This document shows, one piece after another, positions 1 to 10,700 of a DNA stretch of 64,000 nucleotides. Every line of letters starts with the position of its first letter. The stretch's first letter is position 1. The position numbers were made by a program, and so were the translations under genes. The notes under the pieces are model-generated. The model ran no database searches, was not told the DNA's origin, and saw nothing but the letters and a program-made list of their open reading frames with translations. The stretch comes from Histomonas meleagridis 2922-C6/04-290x (Eukaryota > Protista > Parabasalia): the NCBI GenBank assembly GCA_020184695.1, contig JAANOX010000004.1:310001-374000 (forward strand). The letters are read 5' to 3'.

Positions 1-1270
1 AATCATCTCTTTCATTAATATCAATTCCTTTTTGTTGTAATACAAATTGAACAAGTTCGATATTTCCTGATTCTGTTGCATATAATAAAATTTTTTTAGG
101 AATTTCATAATTTTGAAGAAAATATTCAACAAGATATAAATTACCAATTTTTGCTGATACATTAATTATATATTCATCAAACTGAATTTCTTTTTCTAAT
201 AATGAAAAAATTTCATAATTACCTTTGTTAATGCAATAATAAATTAATTCTTGTAACTTTACTTCATATAGTGTTTGCGTATTGTTTACATAATACCCAA
301 ATTTTTGGAATGGAATTTGTTTTGTATTTACATATGTTGTTGCTTGTTGATTTTTATCTAATTTTTCGATTTTATTTTCAAAAAGATATTTAAAGATATC
401 ATTTCGATGAAATTCAATTGCTGTTTCATATGCATCTTCAAATGTTGAATGATTTTGTTCACATAAATGAATAATTTCTTCATTTCCACCTGCAACTGCA
501 TATTTACCTGTGTTTTCTACACTTGCTCCATTCATAAGTAAATATTTAAAACATTTAACAGAAGAAAAAAATGCTGCATAATCAATTAATGAAACATTTT
601 CTTTATTAATGAATGAACATCTTTCATAAAGTGATGGTTCAATTTTCTGGTTAAAATCAAAATTTTCTTGTGATGAAACTTCTTGAAGTTTTTCTATTTC
701 ATCATTTCGAATTATTTTTGCAAGTTCATTTGGATTTACTCCTTCTACAATTAATTTTTTGTGAAGCTCCCAATCATTCTTAGAAAGTTCATTATAATTT
801 TTTAAAAATGTATCTTCAATTATATCATTTTTATATTTTATTTTGTTTTCTAATTTTGTTTTATAGTGTGCAAAATATTTAGTTGTAAATTTTTTTGTAA
901 TATTTGAATCAACTAAATTTTTTTCGATCATTTTCTCAATAACATAATATGTTTCTTGTGTATCAAATTCTGATATATAATTAATTAAAATTTCATTAAT
1001 TGTTGTTTTGTTATTATTATTAATTTCATCTTCTTTTGCTTGAATTGTGTGTAAGTAATTAAAATATGTTTCTATTGTTTCTCTTCGAGTTAAAAATGCA
1101 GAATAAACCAGTATGATTAAACAATTATTAAATGTATAACGAAAATTTTTATCAAATAAAAGAATTGTTTGTGCAACAGTGAAATCAAAATTATTATCGC
1201 TTAAACTAAAAACCAGTTGTTCAAGAGAATTTGGTTTTAAATAACAAACCGATTGATTGTTTTCATTCAT
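1..1270 (-). CDS. DUF3447/ankyrin-repeat protein, paralog C (3'-partial, runs off the window start)
   Basis: Translated by hand from ATG at 1270 (MNENNQSVCYLKPNSLEQLVFSLSDNNFDF...). It shares the block 'KIIRNDEIEKLQEVSSQENFDFNQ...ERCSFINKENVSLIDYAAFF' with the ORFs at 2627 and 17377 and ends ...QKGIDINERDD at the window edge. It is absent from the ORF track because no stop is seen. Confidence 0.85.
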   Translation of the reverse strand, partial: MNENNQSVCYLKPNSLEQLVFSLSDNNFDFTVAQTILLFDKNFRYTFNNCLIILVYSAFLTRRETIETYFNYLHTIQAKEDEINNNNKTTINEILINYISEFDTQETYYVIEKMIEKNLVDSNITKKFTTKYFAHYKTKLENKIKYKNDIIEDTFLKNYNELSKNDWELHKKLIVEGVNPNELAKIIRNDEIEKLQEVSSQENFDFNQKIEPSLYERCSFINKENVSLIDYAAFFSSVKCFKYLLMNGASVENTGKYAVAGGNEEIIHLCEQNHSTFEDAYETAIEFHRNDIFKYLFENKIEKLDKNQQATTYVNTKQIPFQKFGYYVNNTQTLYEVKLQELIYYCINKGNYEIFSLLEKEIQFDEYIINVSAKIGNLYLVEYFLQNYEIPKKILLYATESGNIELVQFVLQQKGIDINERDD

Positions 1271-1721
1271 ATCCTTTTTATGTATTTTGAATGTTTTACA
1301 TGCAAAGTGAGCACTTTTTGCTGAGTCTTTTTCTTTCAATTATTGTGTCTGAGATAAGTGATAAATTATATTATTTCATGTTCTGAACAAAAAAAATTCA
1401 CTCATTTATGAATAAGCCAAAATCTTTACTCAGTAATTTACGATGGATCTCACATTTTTTTTTTAACAAATTAAAAATAATTATCCTTAGATATATTAAG
1501 AAGGATAATTTATTGTATAATGTATTATATTTCTTCTTTATTTCTAAATGAAAAAATGTTAATTGAAGGATTACCTTGCAAATGATTTGATTAGAAAATT
1601 TCAGTACTTACAGAAACTCTTATCGTTATTCATTTTTTTGATGCCAAACAAACCGTCCAAAGGAATTCGTTGCACTTTTTGTTTTTGAAAACAATAACCG
1701 TATAATTAAAAACATTTCTCA

Positions 1722-2372
1722 ATGTTCGAAAAAGATATTACTTACAAGTGTACTAAAGCAAATCTCATCATTATACTTCTTGCTCTTCTTTATTTTGGTG
1801 GATTATTGTGGTCAATCTTTATAACAGCTAAATGGGTTGCCACAGAACCTTATTTTTATATTTCTTATCATGAAAAGTCTGACTATTACAATTATGAACT
1901 ATACTTAGATGCTTACGCTATTTCTTTGATTTGTCTGGTCTCGGTAGAACTTTTCTTTGCAATAACCACTTTAATGATTTTCTTATGCTGTTCTCATAAA
2001 AAGGTTTTCAAAATATTTGTTTACATTACTACTTTTTTCAGCATTCCTGTTATTGTTCTACATGCTGTTTCTATCATTAAAACCAATCCTACTGATTGTT
2101 CTGCATTTTACAATTATTCAGATTATTACAAGATAAAGAGTGTGCCAGGTTGCTTTGAAGCTCATTCAAATAATGCTACCATATTGCCTTATTTAATATT
2201 TACTCATGCGATGCTATTAGTTTACTTAATACTTACAGACTATGGTTTCCCACCAGATGAAACGGAACAAGTTTCTTCACAACCAATGACATCAAATGTT
2301 AATACAAATAATTATCAAACCAATGAACAAAGACCATCTACACAAGTAACAAATTATAGTCAATTCTACTAA
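1722..2372 (+). CDS. Hypothetical membrane protein with about 4 TM segments
   Basis: 216-aa ORF with four hydrophobic segments, a Cys-containing loop and a Q/N/T-rich tail ending YSQFY (YxxPhi-like). Confidence 0.7.
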   Translation: MFEKDITYKCTKANLIIILLALLYFGGLLWSIFITAKWVATEPYFYISYHEKSDYYNYELYLDAYAISLICLVSVELFFAITTLMIFLCCSHKKVFKIFVYITTFFSIPVIVLHAVSIIKTNPTDCSAFYNYSDYYKIKSVPGCFEAHSNNATILPYLIFTHAMLLVYLILTDYGFPPDETEQVSSQPMTSNVNTNNYQTNEQRPSTQVTNYSQFY

Positions 2373-2626
2373 GTGATTTGACTTTTTTGGGAATAGTAAA
2401 AAAATCAATATACATACTCAAATTTAATTTGGTTGAATAAAATTAACATCATATGACTGTTGTGATTTTCATTCTGAGTTGCATTTCTTTATTAATAACT
2501 GTGATAGTAACCTTGGAAGTTTAAAGCACTGCATAAAGTTTTGTTTCCATTTTTTAATAATCACTTTTTTGTAATATAAATAATTTTTAAGTTGAAAACG
2601 ATCGTTAAAGAACTAAGTTTTGCAAT

Positions 2627-4787
2627 ATGAATAGCAGCAATCCCGATGGCGCTAATTCCAAATGTTATTCCATAGAGATAATGTCCAAACTTGAACGCAC
2701 GATTTTTAATTTAACCCAAGATAATCTTGAAAATGCAATCGACATAGTAATAGAACTATTTGATATAAATTTCCCATATACATACAATTTATTCATTAGC
2801 AATTTAATTTATTTCGCATTTTATTCAAAAATAGAAGTGAGTGATTTGTATTTAAGTTATTTAGAAAGAATACAAAAGAAAGAAGAAGAAATTGACTCAA
2901 AAAATTTAAATATCATTAAAATTTTTTGTGAGTATATAAGTAGAATCAATTCACAAGAATCAAATTATTTAATTGAACAAATGATTGAACGAAATTTAAT
3001 CAATGCAAGTTTTACCAAAAACATTTCCACCCCGTATTTTTATCATTATAAAACAGAAAATGAAATTTTTGCAAAATCTGCTCATATAATGAGTCAAAAT
3101 CTTAATTTTTTTAAAAATTATAAAGTTTTATCAAAGAATGATTTTGAGCTTCATAAGAAATATATTAAAGAAGGACATAATCCAAATGAAATTGCAAAAA
3201 TAATTCGAAATGATGAAATCGAAAAACTTCAAGAAGTGTCATCACAAGAAAATTTTGATTTTAATCAAATATTTGAACCGTCAATTTATGAGAGATGTTC
3301 ATTTGTTAATGACTGGGGTGTTTCATTAATTGATTATGCAGCATTTTTTGGATCAGTTCAATGTTTTAAATATTTACTTATGAATGGAGCAAAAGGAAGT
3401 AATACAGGAAAATATGCAGTTGCAGGTGGAAATGAAGAAATTATTCATTTATGTGAACAAAATCATTCATCATTTGAAGGTGCATATGAAGCAGCAATTA
3501 AATTTCATCGAAATGATATCTTTAAATATATATATGAAAATAATTTAGAAACCATGTATCAATATCCACCAAGGTTTGGAGATCAATATCCACTAAAGTT
3601 TGAAGATCAATATCCACAAACGCCTGAATCATCCGAATCTTTAAGCAGTTTTTCATATTTATTTAGAAAAATGAAACAAAAGGATATTAATGATTTGGGA
3701 GACATATGTATCAATAACGGAAATTCTGAAATTTTTTTATATTTACTTGGAAAAGGATTAAAAATTAAAGAATCCACAATCAATGAAGCAGCAAAAATTG
3801 GTAATTTATATCTTGTTAAACATTTTCTCCTAAATAATTCAATTCCAAATAACATTTTAAAATTTGCTTTGAAATCAGGAAATATTGAACTTGTTAAATA
3901 TGTTTTGGAACAAGGAGTTGATCTTAATACTAGAAATATTTGGTCATTTTATTTAAAGTTTATTTCTATTATTTAAAGTTTCAATATAATATATGGAAAT
4001 TATTTAAAATATTTAATACATTTCTTATGTGTGCATCTAAAAATGGTTATGAGGATATTGTTAAATTACTACTTGATCTAAAAATATTTAATATTAATGA
4101 TCAAAATATTAATTTGTTTTATTTAAAACATGTTTTATTAATTTTATGTTTCAAAATAAGATTTGGAAATTATTTAAATTATTTAAAACAGCACTTATTT
4201 TAGCATCTGAATATGGTCATACAGAAATAGTTAAATTACTTCTTGAACAAAAAGGAATTGATATTAATGCTAAAGATATTTATTTATTTGATATTATGTT
4301 TGTTTTAATGACCTCGTGTTTCGATATAAAATTTGGAAATTATTTAAATTATTTTGGACAGCACTTATATGTGCATCTGAAAATGGTCATACAGAAATAG
4401 TTAAACTACTTCTTGAACAAGAAGGAATTGATATTAATGCTAAAGATATTTATTTGTTTTATTTGATATTTATTTTAATAATTTTATATTTCAAAATAAT
4501 ATTTGGAAATTATTTAAATTATTTAATACAGCACTTATGATTGCATCTTTAAAAGGTGATATAAAAATAGTTAAATTACTTCTTGAACACAAAGAAATTG
4601 ATATTAATGCAAAAGATATTTGTTTGTTTTATTTAATATTTATTTTAATAATATAAAATTTCAAAATAATATTTGGAATTTATTTCAAACATTTCAAACA
4701 ATACTTTCGCGTGTAGAGCAAATTTTACATTCAAAATGTTTTAAAAAAATATTCAACATGCTTCACGAAAAAGGTGCAAAATTGTAA
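2627..4787 (+). CDS. DUF3447/ankyrin-repeat gene A; the C-terminal repeats are interrupted by five 80-nt spacers
   Basis: ORF 2627-3976 is followed by four stop-free 30-codon ankyrin blocks (e.g. TALILASEYGHTEIVKLLLEQKGIDINAKD) starting at 4018, 4188, 4358 and 4528. A terminal block 4698-4787 reads TILSRV...HEKGAKL*. Confidence 0.8.
3938..4697 (+). other. Five 80-nt AT-rich spacers inside ankyrin repeats (3938-4017, 4108-4187, 4278-4357, 4448-4527, 4618-4697); 170-nt periodicity
   Basis: Thr codons of the TAL motif occur at 4018, 4188, 4358, 4528 and 4698, exactly 170 nt apart. Each spacer starts ATT and has TGG at offsets 57-59 and TTT at 75-77. There are no GT-AG ends. Confidence 0.9.
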
Positions 4788-5289
4788 TGTAGCAATACTC
4801 TTTACAAATAAAACAATATTAATATATATTATGAAATGATTTTATCGGAATATATTTTTATTATTATTATTATTAAAAACTGCTTCAAAAAAGGTGCTAA
4901 TAATAAAATTTTTGATTCATTATAGATTTTTTTTGTATTTAATTAAAAACAAAATTTAGGGAAATTATCTACAAAATACAAAGTAATTAAAATTCATAGC
5001 AACATTAATGTCAAAAAAAATTATTTTACTCATAACACCGGCCAATTTCCCGAATGAAGGCCAAGGATATAATTTCATTATGCCAGTAGAACAAATCTTC
5101 TGTATGGCATTGTAATGAACTTATTACTAATTAACTTTACAAAGATATTATGTCACTATCAGCATACAACAACTTATGAGTCACATATAACTGGATTAAA
5201 TTTTGTAAAATTTGTACTGCCCAAAAATTCTTATTCCATGATAAGGCATATATTTTTCATAAAGCTCGAAACATAAAATCTCTTAATTC

Positions 5290-7065
5290 ATGTGGACTGA
5301 TGAAAAAATGGCTGGAAAGGAAAATTATTATAAACGGCCTCTTGATATGAACCAATGGATTTTATTTCTTTCAAACGGCAATGAAATATATATTGAACAT
5401 CCAGAAGACTTAGAAGGCGATGAAATAGTATCTGTAACCTCGGGGAAAACATGTAGACCAAACATAGAAACATTTTATTTTGCTACGTTATCATTTTCAG
5501 GAAAAGTTCACCTCTTCTCGAACACCGGTGATGGCAGTCCACTGTTTTCTAACTCAGAACTTATTCAAACAGATGTAAATATAATCAAATCCTCATACGA
5601 ATTTTTATACACTGTAAGTGATAAGACATTATTTCGTTGGCAAATCATGCCTAGTGGCGCACACATGATGCCTACTTCATACAAATTTTCTTCATCGATT
5701 CTTAAAATTTCACATTTATATGATTTGGGGAAGCGTAATGAAGACGAAAAATACCAAAAAGTTTGTATTGTTCAAACAGTGGATTATAACCTTTATATCA
5801 CCAGTGATAAAGTATATCATTTATTAAGTAATGTTTTAACCTTTGATACATCAGGAACTGAAATTGTTTATCTTACAATCAGTGACAACAAATATCATTA
5901 TGCTAAAATCAGTGATCATAATCTCATTACATGTCCTATTCCACGAGATTTACCAAAGGAATTTGAACACTGTCCTGATAACATTTATCTTCATGACTAT
6001 GATATCTTTATTGAGAATCGACTTGGTTCACTTCAAATTATAAATCGGAAAAGTATTGATATTTATAAATTTCAAAGTGAATCAAATTTGATATACATTT
6101 CTAGTGATCGAAATAAATTATTATTTCTTCGTCCACTTGACTTTGAAGATGATATTATATTCCAAACACAACATCAAATCATTGATTTCGATGAACTTAA
6201 AATGAATGAGCCATCTTTCATTATTATTATGAATGATTTATACATTGAATTTGATATTGAAAACATTGCATCTATAAATATAGATAATTTATATGATTCT
6301 CATTTCCTTTGTAATATTGTATTTATTGATTTATATAGATCACTTTTTCATTATCAAATGAATGAAAATATTTATCAAATTGTTGAATTGATTGCGAAAT
6401 TGATTCTTTATATTAATTTCCAAATTCCTTTAATTAGAATTTTAAATTATGATTTCTTTGAATATGTTTTAACGAATATAAATCTTGATGATAATAATAA
6501 CATACCAATAATCGCTTATTTACTTATACTCATTTCTTATTCTTATTCACATTCACCATATAACTTTAATAATAAACAAAAAATTCAATACTTAAAGAGC
6601 CAAAATAGAATTCGGCCTTATTTCTTCCCACCAAGTCAAATGCAAATAAAAAGTGTTACGCAACTTTTATATCGAAATATTAATTTTTTTAATAATGACG
6701 AACGTTTAATTTATCATTCTTTAACTTCGTTAATGATATTAATACGTTTCACTCAAATTAATATAAATTTCTTGTTAACAAACCTTATAAAATATGATTT
6801 TATGTTCGATAAAGTCGAAACTGAAGATGTTTCTCTTCTTCTTGAGATTTTACTTTCAAGAAAAATTAATGATCGAAATATCTTCATCGAACATAATAAA
6901 AAAATTGCAAAGTTATCTTTGAGGTTTTATAAAGATTTACAATTAAACCCAAATTGTCAAAAAATACTTCCGAAAATTGATGACTTTTGGGGAAAGAGCA
7001 ATGAAAGGAAATTGGTTACAATTCAAACAAATTTACGAAGATTTTGTGAATTCATTAAAAGATGA
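5290..7065 (+). CDS. Hypothetical protein, possibly an N-terminal beta-propeller; probably frameshift-broken and really spanning about 5008-7297
   Basis: 591-aa ORF. Protein-like short ORFs start at 5008 upstream, and an overlapping frame at 6977-7297 looks like a continuation. Confidence 0.6.
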   Translation: MWTDEKMAGKENYYKRPLDMNQWILFLSNGNEIYIEHPEDLEGDEIVSVTSGKTCRPNIETFYFATLSFSGKVHLFSNTGDGSPLFSNSELIQTDVNIIKSSYEFLYTVSDKTLFRWQIMPSGAHMMPTSYKFSSSILKISHLYDLGKRNEDEKYQKVCIVQTVDYNLYITSDKVYHLLSNVLTFDTSGTEIVYLTISDNKYHYAKISDHNLITCPIPRDLPKEFEHCPDNIYLHDYDIFIENRLGSLQIINRKSIDIYKFQSESNLIYISSDRNKLLFLRPLDFEDDIIFQTQHQIIDFDELKMNEPSFIIIMNDLYIEFDIENIASINIDNLYDSHFLCNIVFIDLYRSLFHYQMNENIYQIVELIAKLILYINFQIPLIRILNYDFFEYVLTNINLDDNNNIPIIAYLLILISYSYSHSPYNFNNKQKIQYLKSQNRIRPYFFPPSQMQIKSVTQLLYRNINFFNNDERLIYHSLTSLMILIRFTQININFLLTNLIKYDFMFDKVETEDVSLLLEILLSRKINDRNIFIEHNKKIAKLSLRFYKDLQLNPNCQKILPKIDDFWGKSNERKLVTIQTNLRRFCEFIKR

Positions 7066-7775
7066 CGTCTTCGAATTGATAAACTCAATAACATTTATGG
7101 CGGAACCTGATATGAAATCGAAAATAAGTGACTTTTTGGATTTATATTTCCCAAAGCCTTTGATGGTTAAAAGGAATTTCTCTTTTCAAAAGGAAATAAC
7201 ACAAATGATTAAAGTGCAAGAGAAAATTTATGAACAGATAAAGATAATACAAATATTTCAAATAACTCAAAAATGTATTGATATGCTTAGAGAATAAAAA
7301 ATTATTATATATATTTTAGTTGTGATTTTAATAATAGAATTTTTTGGATTTTTTGGTCATTATAAATTATTATAGAGTATACCGTTCCTTCATATGTCTG
7401 TAAATTTTTGAAAACACTTAATTTTCAACATTACTCCCATCAATTAAAATTTATGATTCTATTATTTTCTTCAAGAAAGTATATATAAAAAGCATTATTT
7501 ACATATTTTTGAATTTCATAAATTCGATTTTTTTTTCATCAAACATATGATTTTGATTATTTTTATAATATTAATTTGCTAATTATATATTATTTTAGTA
7601 TTTTTGAAATTGATTTACAACAACTTCAATAATAAACGTTCAAAAACAAGTGCTAAACGTTTTTCACAAGAAAAATTCTGAGGATTTCCTTCTTTCAAAT
7701 AATTCTATATGATCATAGAATAAAAATTTTTTACTGAATGTAATTTTAAACGTTCTTTGGGTGAAGTCACCCAAA

Positions 7776-10700
7776 ATGCACACCATCAATGAAGAATTCG
7801 AAACCGTAGTACCAAAAGGACTTGAGTGGCTTTGCGAACTTGGTGTAGGCTTTACTAAAGGAGGTGATGTATTTTTTACAATACCTACATATCTTATTAC
7901 CGAAAATTTAGAAAAATGGGTGAACCAAACTCCATCTAATGAATTAGATGAGGCCAAAGAATCCATTGAAAAATATCTTGTTGAAAAAGACAGTCTTTAT
8001 CAATGGCTTAAATCTGAAAGTAATTCATTACCATCACTTGTTCATATTTTAATTCGTAATACAACATTTCAAAACGAGATTATTAAGCTTCTTTGTCAAT
8101 TTCTCTCAATGACAGGTTTAGAAGGTATTCCCACAGAAAAAACAAAACACATAGTTAATCAAATCATTTCAGTTTTTTCATTTCTTCCCAAAGTTGTTGA
8201 TCAAGACTATTTTGAAAGTACGATTTTTGATAGTTTAAGTACCACAGAAGAATGTTTTTGTCAATTATTAATTCAAAATTTCCATCATTTTTTTGATAAT
8301 TCTGATACTATCATTAATCGTTTAATTGACTTAATGGATCAAATGCCGAAATATGCCAAAGAAGCTCTTTCTTCATTAGAATGTTTTAATCTTACACAAG
8401 AAAAAAAAGATGAAGTTCGTGATAAAGTCCGTAATGACATGCTTTCATCAGTAAGTTCTAATGACTTGCCGACATTCATAAGGTTTCTAATTAACTCGAC
8501 TGATTCAAATAATGCTGCGTCTACGGTGAGTGCGATTCGTAATCAAATCATTATTGTTGACAACAGCATCAAAATTCAAATTGACACTCTATCGTTGGAC
8601 GATACAAACGTCTTCCTCCTAATTCAACTTAAATCTGCTTTACAATTTAATCATGATTTTTGTAATGAATTTATACGTGTATTAGATACGTGTAATGATT
8701 TATGTATATTAGACGTATGGATATTATTTTGTTTATTTTCTATTCCATCAAAAAGGATTAAAGCAGAACAATTATTAACCAAATTATCTGAAAATGGACT
8801 TTTCATAACTAAATTAACAAATTCAATTGTTGGTTATATAAATGTATTAGAAACACTTATAACTACACTTACAGAAATAATCCCATGGGCATTAAATCAT
8901 ACTTCTAATAAAGTTGTTGAAGTTGGATCAACATTAGCAATCATATTATTTAAAGAAATTGATAAACCGGAAATCCAACAAGATATATTAGCGTCATTAA
9001 TACGACAAATTAATATCGGCATTGATAGTAATAAAGAAAATGCATCGAATGTCCTTATACAATTATCGAAAGAAGCGTTACCAAAGTTAAGTTATCATTT
9101 ACCATTACTTCAAGGCATATTATATTCATATGATTCTATTCCAGTATATATATTTAAGAATGTAATTAATGTAATAGTTTTAGCAACATTTAAAGAAGAA
9201 GGCGATTATAAAAATGGATCACAATTATCAATATTTTATGAGAAATTAATACAATCTAATAAACGAGAAACAAAAGATATCGGAATTATTACTGCGTCAT
9301 CAGTCATTAATCGATTATCATCAATTAACATTGAAAACATTGATATCATATTACAATATTTTAATAGTATTTTATCAAGTTTAAAAGATGATATTTTAGG
9401 AATTAATTTATTTTTAACTCAAATTAAATTAAATAATGATCGAAATAATTTATTTAATGAATATTTAATTAAAATATTAACAGAAAGTTTAAAGTCAATT
9501 AAAATCGAACGTAAAAATGATATAACTGAATGGTTTTCATTATCTGAAGAAACAGATTATGCTATCGATTGTATAACAGATGTAATTAATGGAAGTTTTT
9601 ATCAAAATCAAAAGAAATCGATTTTGTTAGTCGATCAAGTTCGACAATTACAACAAGGATTAAATAGTTCATTTGTTATCATGAATTCAGGAATCCAATT
9701 ATTATTTGATTGTCATATTAAATTAAACCATAATATCATTGAAGTAATGGATGATTATATTCATATGCCATTACATTTATTTGCACGTGAAGAAGATAAA
9801 GATGAAAACAATTTAACACATAATCAAAAAATTCAATGTTTATTATTAGCACATAGTTGGATATGTTCATTAATTAATTATATTTATGATTATAATGATA
9901 TCTTTGATATAATTATTGAGAAATTTAATAATCGAATTGAAATAGAAAATGAAATCTTAAATTATATGAATCAAATAAAAACTTTTACACATCCTTTATA
10001 TGGACAAATGTTTCCACGTTCTAAAGCTTATATTAAAAAGATTTCATCATCAATAGATCGATCATCAATGTTTATTAGTAAATTTAGAGGATCATTTATA
10101 GCACCACGTTATGAATCATTATATATCATTAAGAACATTGATTTCCAATATGAACCAATTATCCTTCGATTATTAGATGATTATATTTATATATTAAATC
10201 CACCTAAAGATCCATTATTTAATGTCATAAAACCGGACGAATTTGATTTAGATTTATTACAATATATATCAAATGATTTATTAAATCATTTTTGTTCAAC
10301 AGAAACAAAATATTCACAAATGATTATTGAACGAATTTTAACAATTATTAATATACAAATCCAATTACCGATTTATAAAGATAAAAATATATTTTCATTG
10401 TTCTTAAGTAGTATTAGTTTCCAACTTACACGAAAAGATTGTTTTTTACATTTCTCTCAAATGATATGTAATTCGATGCCATTAAATAATAAGTTATTAA
10501 TGATCACATTATTAAAGAACATTATTCATTGTGGACCTGTTCAACGGAATATAATGGAAATAATGAACAATGAGTTTAATATCTTATGTAAACATTGTTA
10601 TGAATTACTTTCTTCACGCCAAACAATATTAAACAAAAATGGCGTGAAACAAATTCTTCCGATTTATTTTGAACATCATCAAAATTGTTTAAATGTAATA

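Noticed and set aside
4276-4359. Reading the ankyrin spacers as U12-type AT-AC introns (ATATTT... to the AC of ACA)
   Set aside because: Splicing from either AT (4276 or 4278) to that AC leaves 86 or 88 nt per repeat, which is out of frame. The 5' site is ATATTT rather than ATATCCTT, and no U12 branch site is evident.
3938-4697. Spacers as translated inserts with a simple -1 frameshift
   Set aside because: Six of the ten spacers have stops in the incoming frame (as early as codon 2 at 19163), and some have stops in the outgoing frame.
5112-5144. Possible canonical intron GTAATG...ACTAAT...AAAG
   Set aside because: Removing it still gives a stop within about 15 codons, and the branch-to-AG spacing does not fit the parabasalid pattern.
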